Shown one piece after another: positions 46,703 through 55,444 of a stretch of DNA of 64,000 nt. Source of the stretch: Actinomycetota bacterium (lineage in GTDB: Bacteria; Actinomycetota; Thermoleophilia; Solirubrobacterales; 70-9); NCBI GenBank assembly GCA_046730395.1, contig JBKPIV010000009.1, positions 9,114 to 73,113 of the forward strand, written 5' to 3'. Under the pieces are notes generated by a model. The model had not been told where the DNA came from. It saw nothing but the letters and a program-made list of their open reading frames with translations, and made no database searches. The stretch's first letter is position 1. Every line of letters starts with the position of its first letter. The position numbers and the translations under genes are program-made.

Positions 46703-48093
46703 GCGCGGACGCACGCCTGGCGCCGGCGCGACGGGCCGCATTCGAGGTCCTGCGGCGGGTGTTCGAGCACGAGGCCTGGGCCGACCGCGCGCTGCCGGCC
46801 GCGGTCGAGCGACACCATCTCGACCCGCGCGAGCGGGCCCAGGCCCAGCGGCTCGCCTACGGGGCGGTGCAGCGCCGCGCGACCTCCGACCAGCTGCTGC
46901 TCCTGCTCTCCGGGCGCTCCCCAGAGCGACTCGATCCGCCGGTCACGGCCGCCCTTCGCCTCGGGCTCTTCGAGCTCATGTTCTCCTCCGCGACCCCGGA
47001 TCATGCGGCGGTCGACCAGGCCGTTGAGCTCGCCAAGGGCGGGATCGAGGAGGAGCGGCGCGCTCGAGCCGCGGCCGGGCTCGTGAACGCGGTGCTGCGG
47101 CGCGCCGCCCGCGAGCGCGAAGCGCTGATGGCGGCGCTGGCCGACTCCACCCCAAACGAGGCCGCCGTCGCCCACTCCTACCCCGTCTGGCTCGCCGAGA
47201 TGTGGTTCACGGAGCTCGGCCCGGCCGCGGCGCGCTCGCTGATGGCGGCCATGAACGAGCCGGCCGAGACCGCAATGCGCGCGAACACGCTGCGCGCGGA
47301 TCCGGCGGAGCTCGCCCGCGAGCTTCGGGCGGCGGGCCAAAAGCTCGAGCGCCCGAGCGGCACGGGACCACTGGCCCCGCCGGAGGCGCTCGTGCTCGCC
47401 GGTCGGCTCATCGAGACCGCGCGGCGCCGAATCTCGGAGGGCGAGCTCATCCCGCAGTCGCGCGCCTCGCAGGGGGTCGTGGCGCTGCTCGATCCCAGGC
47501 CGGGCGAGCGAGTGCTCGACCTCTGCGCCGCGCCGGGCGTCAAGGCGACTGCGATCGCCGCCCGGATGGCGAACCGCGGCGAGGTCACGGCCGTCGAGCT
47601 CGACCCGGGGCGTGCCGGTCAGCTTCGCGAGCTCTGCGGCCGGGCGAGCGCCACCGCCGTCCGCGTGGTCCGGGCCGACGCGGCAAGCGACGACGTGGGG
47701 GATGGTTACGATCGCATCCTCGTGGACCCGCCCTGTTCCGATCTCGGCGCGCTCGCCTCACGGCCCGATGCCCGCTGGCGCAAGTCGCCCGAGATGATCG
47801 AGCGGCTTGCCTCGGTCCAGGGCGCGATCCTCGAGCGCGCCGGGCGAGCGCTTCGCCCGCGCGGGACGCTCGTCTACTCCACGTGCACGATCTCCGCGCG
47901 CGAGGGCGAGGAACGGATCGCCGCCCTGCTCGCTCGCGAGCCGATGCTGTGTGCCGACGACCTCGGCGCCGCCCATCCAGACCTCGCGTCCCCACGCGAG
48001 GCGCGGTTCCTCCAGACGAGGCCGGATCGCGATCGCACCGACGGGTTCTTCATCGCCAGGCTCCGTCGCCGGAGAACGACGGGGGAGGGCTGA
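46699..48093 (+). CDS. rsmB: 16S rRNA (cytosine-C5) methyltransferase RsmB/Sun
   Basis: A NusB-like N-domain, the SAM site DLCAAPGVK, and catalytic DPPCSDLG and YSTCT motifs. GTG 46699 overlaps the fmt stop. Confidence 0.85.
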   Translation: MSADARLAPARRAAFEVLRRVFEHEAWADRALPAAVERHHLDPRERAQAQRLAYGAVQRRATSDQLLLLLSGRSPERLDPPVTAALRLGLFELMFSSATPDHAAVDQAVELAKGGIEEERRARAAAGLVNAVLRRAAREREALMAALADSTPNEAAVAHSYPVWLAEMWFTELGPAAARSLMAAMNEPAETAMRANTLRADPAELARELRAAGQKLERPSGTGPLAPPEALVLAGRLIETARRRISEGELIPQSRASQGVVALLDPRPGERVLDLCAAPGVKATAIAARMANRGEVTAVELDPGRAGQLRELCGRASATAVRVVRADAASDDVGDGYDRILVDPPCSDLGALASRPDARWRKSPEMIERLASVQGAILERAGRALRPRGTLVYSTCTISAREGEERIAALLAREPMLCADDLGAAHPDLASPREARFLQTRPDRDRTDGFFIARLRRRRTTGEG

Positions 48094-48096
48094 GCG

Positions 48097-48333
48097 GTGG
48101 CCACGGAGGGAGGGGAGACGACGCTCAAGCGTCCCAACTGCCCGGGTTGCGGCGAGCCGTGGCTTCGCCCCACCCAGCTCCCGGGCCGCTACCGCTGCGT
48201 CTACTGCCTGCGGCGCTATGAGCTCGTCTCCCAGTGTCCGAACTGCGGCGCGCACCAGACGATCGTCCGCATGAGCACCTCCGAGGATCTCCTCTGCCAG
48301 CATTGCGGCAACTCGATGCTCAGCGCGATATGA
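48097..48333 (+). CDS. 78-aa double zinc-ribbon protein of unknown function
   Basis: Four CxxC pairs (CPGC, CVYC, CPNC, CQHC). The GTG lies 3 nt after the rsmB stop, and its stop overlaps the rpe ATG (ATGA). Codon usage is GC3-rich. Confidence 0.55.
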   Translation: MATEGGETTLKRPNCPGCGEPWLRPTQLPGRYRCVYCLRRYELVSQCPNCGAHQTIVRMSTSEDLLCQHCGNSMLSAI

Positions 48334-49010
48334 GCGCGCGCGACCTCTTCGGTGGCCGGCGCGTGGCGCCGTCGATCCTCTCCGCCGACTTCTCGCGGCT
48401 CGGGACGCAGGTGGCCGAGGTGATGGAGGCGGGGGCGCGCCTGATCCACGTCGACGTGATGGACGGCCACTTCGTCCCACCGATCACGATCGGGCCGCTC
48501 GTGGCGGGAGCGATCGCGGACCAGGTGCACGACGCGGGCGGGGCGATCGACGTTCACCTGATGATCGAGCGCCCGGCCGATCACGTGGCCGAGTTCGCGC
48601 GGGCGGGCGCCGACTGCATCACGGTGCACTTCGAGGCGGATCCGCACGTTCATCGCACACTCGGCGCCATCCGGCAGGCCGGCTGCCTCGCCGGGCTCGC
48701 CATCAATCCCGGCACCCCGGCGGCCTCGGCGACGGAACTCACGTCGGCCGCCGACCTCATCCTGTGCATGTCCGTTAACCCGGGCTGGGGCGGCCAGCCA
48801 TTCATCGCGACCGCGCCGGACAAGGTCGCGAGGCTGCGGGCCTTGTCGAACGCGCCGAAGATCGAGGTGGACGGCGGCATCGACGCTGACACGGTCCCGA
48901 GCGTCGCCGAGGCCGGGGCCACCCTGTTCGTGGCCGGCTCGGCCGTGTTCGGCGACCCCGAGCCCGCGGAGGCGTACCGGCGGATCTCGGCGGCCGCCGG
49001 CGCCGATTAG
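48330..49010 (+). CDS. rpe: Ribulose-phosphate 3-epimerase
   Basis: APSILSADF, HVDVMDGHFVP, and the SVNPGWGGQ(P)F motif. Confidence 0.9.
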   Translation: MSARDLFGGRRVAPSILSADFSRLGTQVAEVMEAGARLIHVDVMDGHFVPPITIGPLVAGAIADQVHDAGGAIDVHLMIERPADHVAEFARAGADCITVHFEADPHVHRTLGAIRQAGCLAGLAINPGTPAASATELTSAADLILCMSVNPGWGGQPFIATAPDKVARLRALSNAPKIEVDGGIDADTVPSVAEAGATLFVAGSAVFGDPEPAEAYRRISAAAGAD

Positions 49011-49015
49011 GTCAA

Positions 49016-50095
49016 GTGCCCGATCCGCGCTCTCACCCGGCGCGGCTCGGGATGGGCGCGGCCCTCGCCGACGCGCCTGCCGAGCTGCGCCTGTTCCTGC
49101 GCCGGCTCGCGCTGCTGGGCATTCTGATCTGTGTCCTGCTCGCGGCGGGCACGATCGGCTTCGCCCTCACGGAGGGGACCTCGATCGGCTTCTCGCTCCT
49201 TTGGTCGCTCGACACCATCGCGACGATCGGCTCGATCCCGGAGCCCGGGGACACCGGAGGGCGGATCGTCACCGTCGTCCTAATCGTCTTCGGCGTCGGT
49301 ACGCTCTTCTACGGCCTCGTCACGGCGACCGAGTTCCTCGTCGCCGGGAGGCTGAGCGGGCTGCTGGCGGAGCGCCGGACGCAGCGGATGATCAACGGGC
49401 TATCCGACCATCACGTGATCTGTGGCTTCGGCCGCGTCGGCCGGCAGATCGCACGCGATCTACGGGCGGCGCGCCAGCGGTTCGTCGTCATCGACGACAA
49501 CCCCGAGAACCGGGAGATCGCCGATGAGCTCGGCGCGCCCTTCCTCGAGGGGCGCCCCTCGGACGACGAGACCCTGAGGCGGGCCGGGATCGATCGGGCT
49601 CGCGCGGTGCTCGCCTGCATGGACTCCGACGCGGAGAACATCTTCACCACGCTGACGGCACGAGAGCTGAGGCCGGAGATCACGATCGTCGCGCGGGCGA
49701 GCGTGGAGGACTCCGAGAAGAAGCTCAAGCGGGCGGGAGCCGATCGGGTGATCTCCCCGTACAAGGCGAGCGGCACCGAGATGGCGCGCCTCGCGCTTCA
49801 CCCGCAGGTCGCCGACGTGGTCGACGTCGGCCCTGGCTACCGGATGGAGGAGATCGAGGTTCTGGCCGGAAGCGACGGCGCCGGGCGGCGAGTCGACGAC
49901 GTCCGCGGATCCTCGATCATCGTCGCCCTTCACCGGCCCGGTGCCGCGATGCAGCCGATGCCTCCGGGCGAGACGACGCTGGAGCCGGGCGACCTCCTGG
50001 TGGCGATGGGGGCCGCGGGCGCAATGGAGCGCCTGGAGCGGCTGTTCGAGCCGCCGGAGGCGGCAGGCGACGGGCAGCGCGCGGCTCGCGCCTAA
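49016..50095 (+). CDS. Two-TM pore ion channel with RCK (TrkA-N/TrkA-C) gating domains (MthK-like) and a non-canonical filter
   Basis: A pore helix and filter region LWSLDTIATIGSIPEP, the RCK Rossmann motif HHVICGFGRVGRQIA, and a TrkA-C-like C-terminus. Confidence 0.8.
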   Translation: MPDPRSHPARLGMGAALADAPAELRLFLRRLALLGILICVLLAAGTIGFALTEGTSIGFSLLWSLDTIATIGSIPEPGDTGGRIVTVVLIVFGVGTLFYGLVTATEFLVAGRLSGLLAERRTQRMINGLSDHHVICGFGRVGRQIARDLRAARQRFVVIDDNPENREIADELGAPFLEGRPSDDETLRRAGIDRARAVLACMDSDAENIFTTLTARELRPEITIVARASVEDSEKKLKRAGADRVISPYKASGTEMARLALHPQVADVVDVGPGYRMEEIEVLAGSDGAGRRVDDVRGSSIIVALHRPGAAMQPMPPGETTLEPGDLLVAMGAAGAMERLERLFEPPEAAGDGQRAARA

Positions 50096-51462
50096 CCGGC
50101 CTCGTCGGCCGCGGCGAGCCGGGCCTCGAGCTCCTGCGGGGAGCCCGGCTCGAGCACATCCGCCGGACGCACCTGGGGGTGGCGGTATAGCAGGTAGAGG
50201 AGCGCGCACAAGAGAGCGGCCGCCCCGGCGAAACCGACCTCGACCCGCCGGAACTCGTCGAGTACGGGGAGCAGGTTCCAGACCACGAAGGAGATGGCGC
50301 AGAACACCCACCGGACGGCCGCCCGGCGCGCCTGCCCCTGAGCGAGCGCCGCCTGATTGAGCGTCCCGGACGCCAGGTAGAACCCCATCCCGACGCTGAC
50401 GATCACGAGCCCGAGGCGGTCGTAGCTGAACTTCTTGCCGAAGGCGATCTGCATCAGGTCCGGGCCGGCGATGAGCACCACCAGCGCCACGGCCGCCGCG
50501 AACGCGGCGATCGCGCCGAGGGTCACCCGGACCGAGAGCCGGAAGGCGTCGGCATCGCCCGAGCGGGCGCTCGAGCGAAGCCTGGTGAGATGGGGGAGGA
50601 GGCTGGTGGCGACCGCCTGAAAGAGGACCAGCGGGGCGCGGGCGATCATCAGCACGTTGAAGATGAACCCGGCGGCGGCGGCGCCCTCCGCCGCGCGAAC
50701 CATGAGCGGCCCCGCGTTGAGCAGGGTCTGTTCGCTGAGCATGACGAGGAGCACGGCGGCGGCAAACCCCCCGCCGTAGGCGAGCGTGAACTGCGCCTGC
50801 GCCACCGCCCTCGGGGCGGGCGCCGAGCGGCTGCGCATCGCGTGTCCGGCGAAGGCCAGCGGGACCACCGTGAGGCTCACGAGCGGGGCGGCGACGATGC
50901 CGAGGGCGACGGCCGTCTGGCCGCTCGCGATCCCGACCGCCACGGCGAGCGCGAACGACATCCGCGCCGTGGACTCGGCGAGGATCAGCCCGCCGTAGAG
51001 GGCGAAGCGCCCGCTGCCCGCCAAAAAGCCGCGCGCGTAGAAGCTCGCCGCATAGGCGAGCACCGCGGCGATGAGGATCCAGTAGAGCGTCTCGTTGCCG
51101 GACAGCAGGTCGTCCTGGAGCGGCCCCCGCAGCGCGAGCGCGACCGCGGCGAAGGCCACCGCCAGGCCGAGCTGGATCGTCGCCGCGATCCGGAGCGGCT
51201 GCCCGATCGGCTGGCGGTGTGCCTGGCGCTCGGCGATCGTCCGCGAGAGCAGCTGCTCGACCGGCCGAAAGAGGATCGACATCAGCACGAACACCGCCGA
51301 CCAAAGGACCACGACCTCGCCGTAGTCGACCTTGCTGAGGCGGTGCGAGGCGAGCGAGAAGTAGACGTAGGTCAAAAGCCCCGCCGAGCCGATCCCGACC
51401 GAGAGCATGCCCGCGGCCCGCCCGAAGCGCCTCGTCTGTGCCGCGGCTCCCTCACGTGTCAT
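50092..51462 (-). CDS. MOP-superfamily (Wzx/MurJ-like) polysaccharide or lipid-linked oligosaccharide flippase
   Basis: A 456-aa highly hydrophobic protein with about 12-14 predicted TMS and the Arg/Ala-rich pattern of polysaccharide biosynthesis flippases. The substrate is unknown. Confidence 0.6.
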   Translation of the reverse strand: MTREGAAAQTRRFGRAAGMLSVGIGSAGLLTYVYFSLASHRLSKVDYGEVVVLWSAVFVLMSILFRPVEQLLSRTIAERQAHRQPIGQPLRIAATIQLGLAVAFAAVALALRGPLQDDLLSGNETLYWILIAAVLAYAASFYARGFLAGSGRFALYGGLILAESTARMSFALAVAVGIASGQTAVALGIVAAPLVSLTVVPLAFAGHAMRSRSAPAPRAVAQAQFTLAYGGGFAAAVLLVMLSEQTLLNAGPLMVRAAEGAAAAGFIFNVLMIARAPLVLFQAVATSLLPHLTRLRSSARSGDADAFRLSVRVTLGAIAAFAAAVALVVLIAGPDLMQIAFGKKFSYDRLGLVIVSVGMGFYLASGTLNQAALAQGQARRAAVRWVFCAISFVVWNLLPVLDEFRRVEVGFAGAAALLCALLYLLYRHPQVRPADVLEPGSPQELEARLAAADEAG

Positions 51463-51530
51463 TCGGTCGCCACCTTAAGCCGCGTCGCCGACACCCACGG
51501 GGCGACGGTCGCCGCGGCGTACACTTACCG

Positions 51531-51546
51531 TTGACTGACCAGTCAA
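51531..51546. repeat. Inverted repeat TTGACTG-AC-CAGTCAA in the flippase/ribD divergent spacer
   Basis: 7-bp arms separated by 2 nt, in an AT-richer patch 30 nt upstream of the ribD ATG. It is a candidate operator or -35 region. Confidence 0.5.
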
Positions 51547-51575
51547 TCAACATTGAAACCCTACGATCACGCGAG

Positions 51576-52703
51576 ATGCCCGGGATCGTCACAGAGACCG
51601 ATCGGATCCACCTGAGGCGGGCGCTCGAGCTCGCCCAGGGCGGGCGCGGGCGCGTGAGCCCGAACCCGCTCGTGGGCGCCGTCCTGGTGCGCGACGGACG
51701 CGTGATCGGCGAGGGCTTTCACGCCGAGCTCGGCGCCGCTCACGCGGAGGTCGCGGCGATCGAGGACTGCCGGGCCCGGGGCCTCGATCCCGCGGGGGCG
51801 ACGCTCTACGTGACGCTCGAGCCCTGCGCCCATCACGGGCGCCAGCCCCCGTGTGTGGACGCGATCCTCGAGGCGGCGCTCGCGCGGGTGGTGGTGGCAT
51901 CAGACGACCCGAGCGAGAAGGCAAGCGGCCGCGGGCCGGGGATCCTTCGCGACGGCGGGGTCGAGGTGGCCTTCGCCGAGGGCGAGGAGGCCGCCGCCGC
52001 GAGGAACCTCAACCAGCCGTTCCGAAAGCGCTCGCGCACGGGTCGCCCGCTCGTGGTGCTGAAGTCGGCCGCAAGCCTCGACGGCCGGGTGGCGACGGCC
52101 GGGGGCGACTCGAGGTGGATCTCGGGCCAGTCCTCCCGCCGCCTCGTGCATCGGTGGCGCGCCGAGTCCGACGCGGTCTGCATCGGGGTCGGCACGGCGC
52201 TAGCCGACGACCCGCTGCTGACCGCTCGGGACACTGAAGCGGCGCGCCAGCCCACCCGCGTGGTCTTCGACTCGCATGCGCGGCTGCCGCTCGACGCGAG
52301 GCTCGTCGCCTCGGTCACCGAGGCACCCCTCCTGGTGATCGCCTCGCCGGCGGCTCCCGCCGGGCGGAGGGGGGCGCTGAAGGCGGCGGGCGCGGACGTC
52401 GTCGTCTGCGACGGGGACCCGGCGGCGCACGTCCTCGCGGGGCTTGCCGAGCTGGGGAGGCGAGAGATGTCCAGCGTGCTGCTCGAGGGAGGGCCGACGC
52501 TTGCCGGCTCGTTCGTCGACGCGGGTGAGGTGGACGAGCTGCGGCTCTTTATCGCCCCGATCCTCTTCGGCGGGGCGACCGCGCGACCCCTCGTGGAGGG
52601 GAGCGGGGCAACGCTCATCGACGACGCCCGCCCGGCGCTCTCCATGGATTGGGAGCGCTCCGACGGCGACCTCCTGGTGCGGGCGCGGATGCGGGAGTGG
52701 TAG
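51576..52703 (+). CDS. ribD: Bifunctional riboflavin biosynthesis protein RibD (deaminase/reductase)
   Basis: CMP/dCMP deaminase zinc motifs (HAEVAA; TLEPCAHHGRQPPC) and a C-terminal reductase domain. Confidence 0.9.
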   Translation: MPGIVTETDRIHLRRALELAQGGRGRVSPNPLVGAVLVRDGRVIGEGFHAELGAAHAEVAAIEDCRARGLDPAGATLYVTLEPCAHHGRQPPCVDAILEAALARVVVASDDPSEKASGRGPGILRDGGVEVAFAEGEEAAAARNLNQPFRKRSRTGRPLVVLKSAASLDGRVATAGGDSRWISGQSSRRLVHRWRAESDAVCIGVGTALADDPLLTARDTEAARQPTRVVFDSHARLPLDARLVASVTEAPLLVIASPAAPAGRRGALKAAGADVVVCDGDPAAHVLAGLAELGRREMSSVLLEGGPTLAGSFVDAGEVDELRLFIAPILFGGATARPLVEGSGATLIDDARPALSMDWERSDGDLLVRARMREW

Positions 52704-52728
52704 CGGTGGGCGTCGCGGAGGACCGCTG

Positions 52729-53331
52729 ATGTTCACGGGCATCGTCAGGGAGGTGGGCGAGGTCGAGGCGATGGAGCGGACCGAGGCCGGGGCTCGCCTG
52801 CGTGTGCGCGCCGCCCTCGCCGCGGAGCTCGCCGAGGGCGACTCGGTGTCCGTGAGCGGCGCCTGCCTCACGGTCGCGGCCGCCTCCGACGGCAGCCTCG
52901 AGGCGGACGTCATGAACCAGACCCTGTCGCTGACCACCCTCGGCCTTCTGGGGGCCGGCCGGAGGGTCAACCTCGAGCCATCGGTGCGGGCGGGCGAGCC
53001 GCTGGGCGGCCACTTGGTCCAGGGTCACGTCGACGGCACGGGCACCGTTGAGGAGGTGCGCGACGACGGCTTCGCGCGCCGGCTAGCAGTCGCGATGCCG
53101 GCGGGGCTTCGGCGTTACGTGGTCGAGCACGGCTCGATCGCGGTGGACGGGGTCAGCATCACCGTCGCGGGGCTCACCGAGGATGGCTTCGAGGTCTCGT
53201 TGATCCCGGAGACGCTCGAGCGAACGACGCTCGGCGGCCTCGCCGAGGGCGCCGCGGTGAACCTCGAGGTGGACTTGATCGCGCGCTACGCCGAGCGGCT
53301 CATGCAAGGCTTTGAGGGGAAGGAGAGGTGA
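52729..53331 (+). CDS. ribE: Riboflavin synthase alpha chain
   Basis: The MFTGIVREVG N-terminus and a duplicated lumazine-binding repeat (GDSVSVSGACLT / GSIAVDGVSIT). Confidence 0.9.
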   Translation: MFTGIVREVGEVEAMERTEAGARLRVRAALAAELAEGDSVSVSGACLTVAAASDGSLEADVMNQTLSLTTLGLLGAGRRVNLEPSVRAGEPLGGHLVQGHVDGTGTVEEVRDDGFARRLAVAMPAGLRRYVVEHGSIAVDGVSITVAGLTEDGFEVSLIPETLERTTLGGLAEGAAVNLEVDLIARYAERLMQGFEGKER

Positions 53332-53334
53332 GCA

Positions 53335-54678
53335 ATGGCTGAACGCAGTCCCGCCACAGACCCCGCCCGTGCGGAGGCGGGGGCCTTCTCATCGATCGAG
53401 GACGCGATCGAGGACTTCCGCCGCGGTCGGATGGTCGTCGTCTGCGACGACGAGAACCGCGAGAACGAGGGGGACCTGACCCTCGCGGCGCAGTTCGCCA
53501 CCCCGGAGGCAATCAACTTCATGGCCATGCACGGTCGGGGCCTGATCTGCCTCGCGCTGACCCCGCAGCGCTGCGACGAGCTCGAGCTCGACCTGATGGC
53601 GGCGAAGAACGAATCGCCGTTCAACACCGCGTTCACGGTCTCGATCGAGGCCGCGGAGGGCGTGACCACTGGGATCTCCGCGCACGACCGCGCGCACACG
53701 ATCCAGGTGGCTATGGACCCGCGCACGAAGCCCACGGACATCGTGCAGCCGGGGCACGTGTTCCCCCTCAAGGCGAAGCAGGGCGGGGTGCTGGAGCGCG
53801 CCGGCCAGACGGAGGCGGCCGTGGATCTCGCGCGCCTGGCGGGGCTGATCCCGGCGGGGGTGATCTGCGAGATCATGAACGAGGACGGGACGATGGCCCG
53901 GGTCCCCGACCTGATCCCGTACTGCGAGCGGCACGGGCTGCGGATGGTCACGGTCGCCGACCTGATCGCCTACCGCCGCCGCACCGAGCGCCTCATCGAG
54001 CGGGTCGTGGCCACCCGCCTGCCGACGGCCTTCGGCGAGTTCCAGGCGATCGGCTACCGCTCGTTGGTCGACGACAAGCACCACCTCGCGATGGTCAAGG
54101 GCGACGTGCGAGGCCGCGAGGACGTGCTCGTGCGCGTCCACTCGGAGTGCCTGACGGGCGACGTGTTCCACTCGCTGCGCTGCGACTGTGGCGAGCAGCT
54201 CGAGGCGGCGCTCTCGATGATCGAGCGCGAGGGGGCCGGAGTCCTGCTGTACCTCTCGCAGGAGGGGCGCGGCATCGGCCTGCTCAACAAGCTCCGCGCG
54301 TACAGGCTCCAGGAGGAGGGCCTCGACACGGTCGACGCCAACCTGAAGCTGGGGCTTCCCGCGGACTTGCGCGACTACGGGATCGGCGCTCAGATCCTCG
54401 TCGATCTGGGCCTGTCGAGCATCCGCATCCTCACCAACAACCCCAAGAAGATCCACGGGCTGGAGGGCTACGGGCTGTCCGTGACCGATCAGGTGCCGAT
54501 CCAGGCGGTGCCCAACCGACACAACGAGGAGTACCTGCGCACCAAGCGTGAGCGCCTCGGCCACACGCTCCACCACCAGGGCCTGCCACTCGACGAGGAG
54601 CTGATCCACGACGAGCACCAAAAGGAGAAGGAGCGCGAGGCGCTCGGGGCGCAGGAGGCCGACCCCGAGGATGGCTAG
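53335..54678 (+). CDS. ribBA: Bifunctional 3,4-dihydroxy-2-butanone-4-phosphate synthase / GTP cyclohydrolase II
   Basis: DHBP synthase motifs ([11 protein letters not shown]; HDRAHT) and GCH II motifs ([19 protein letters not shown]; EGRGIGL). Confidence 0.9.
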   Translation: MAERSPATDPARAEAGAFSSIEDAIEDFRRGRMVVVCDDENRENEGDLTLAAQFATPEAINFMAMHGRGLICLALTPQRCDELELDLMAAKNESPFNTAFTVSIEAAEGVTTGISAHDRAHTIQVAMDPRTKPTDIVQPGHVFPLKAKQGGVLERAGQTEAAVDLARLAGLIPAGVICEIMNEDGTMARVPDLIPYCERHGLRMVTVADLIAYRRRTERLIERVVATRLPTAFGEFQAIGYRSLVDDKHHLAMVKGDVRGREDVLVRVHSECLTGDVFHSLRCDCGEQLEAALSMIEREGAGVLLYLSQEGRGIGLLNKLRAYRLQEEGLDTVDANLKLGLPADLRDYGIGAQILVDLGLSSIRILTNNPKKIHGLEGYGLSVTDQVPIQAVPNRHNEEYLRTKRERLGHTLHHQGLPLDEELIHDEHQKEKEREALGAQEADPEDG

Positions 54679-55198
54679 CGGGGACCCGGAGCCGCCCTCC
54701 GCGGAGGCGGGCGGCTCGGAGGCGAACTTCTCCGATTCCGAGCGGGAACTGCTCGGCTCGGCCGAGTTCGCGGTTTGCGTGGCGACGTTCTACGGCGACA
54801 TCGCGGAGCGCCTCGTCAACGGGGCCGTCGAGGGGTTCGCGGCGGGCGGCGTGGCTCCGACCTCCGTCCACACCCACGAGGTGCCGGGCGCCTTCGAGCT
54901 TCCGGTGGCGGCCAAGTGGTGCGCCGAGTCGGGCCGCTTCGCGGGCGTCGCCTGTCTCGGCGCCGTGATCCGAGGCGAGACGGACCACTACGACTACGTC
55001 TGCTCCGAGTCGGCGCGGGGCATCCAGCTCGTCCAGCTCGACACCGGGGTTCCCTGCGCCTTCGGGGTGATCACCTGCGAGACGATGGAGCTGGCGCTCG
55101 CCCGCTCGGGGGGCGAGCGGCGCGACCAGGGGCGGCACGCCGCCAATGCCGTGATGAGGATGGCGCTCCTCAAGCGGGAGCTTGCCGCCAGGGGCTAG
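54671..55198 (+). CDS. ribH: 6,7-dimethyl-8-ribityllumazine synthase
   Basis: VPGAFELP and [14 protein letters not shown] motifs. It overlaps ribBA by 8 nt. Confidence 0.9.
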   Translation: MASGDPEPPSAEAGGSEANFSDSERELLGSAEFAVCVATFYGDIAERLVNGAVEGFAAGGVAPTSVHTHEVPGAFELPVAAKWCAESGRFAGVACLGAVIRGETDHYDYVCSESARGIQLVQLDTGVPCAFGVITCETMELALARSGGERRDQGRHAANAVMRMALLKRELAARG

Positions 55199-55221
55199 CT
55201 CACCGCTACCATCAGCCTGCC

Positions 55222-55413
55222 ATGGCCAAGGTGTGTCACTCGTGCGGCAAGGGGCCGGCGTTCGGGAACTCGCGCAGCCACTCGATGGTCGCCACCCGGC
55301 GCCGCTTCGATCCCAACCTGCAGAAGGTCAGGATCTCCGAGGGGGGCCGGACGCGACGGGTCTACGTCTGCACTCGCTGCCTCAAGTCCAACAAGGTCAC
55401 CAAGGCGGCCTAG
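55222..55413 (+). CDS. rpmB: 50S ribosomal protein L28
   Basis: 63 aa with MAKVCHSCGKGPAFGNSRSHS...RRFDPNLQ, typical of L28. Confidence 0.9.
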   Translation: MAKVCHSCGKGPAFGNSRSHSMVATRRRFDPNLQKVRISEGGRTRRVYVCTRCLKSNKVTKAA

Positions 55414-55444
55414 CAGGCGGGCTGGCGAGATAATCCGGCCGCCG

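Noticed and set aside
51300-51575. An expected FMN (RFN) riboswitch upstream of ribD.
   Set aside because: None of the conserved RFN core sequences were visible, and the gap is only 113 nt. A covariance-model scan would be needed to exclude it formally.
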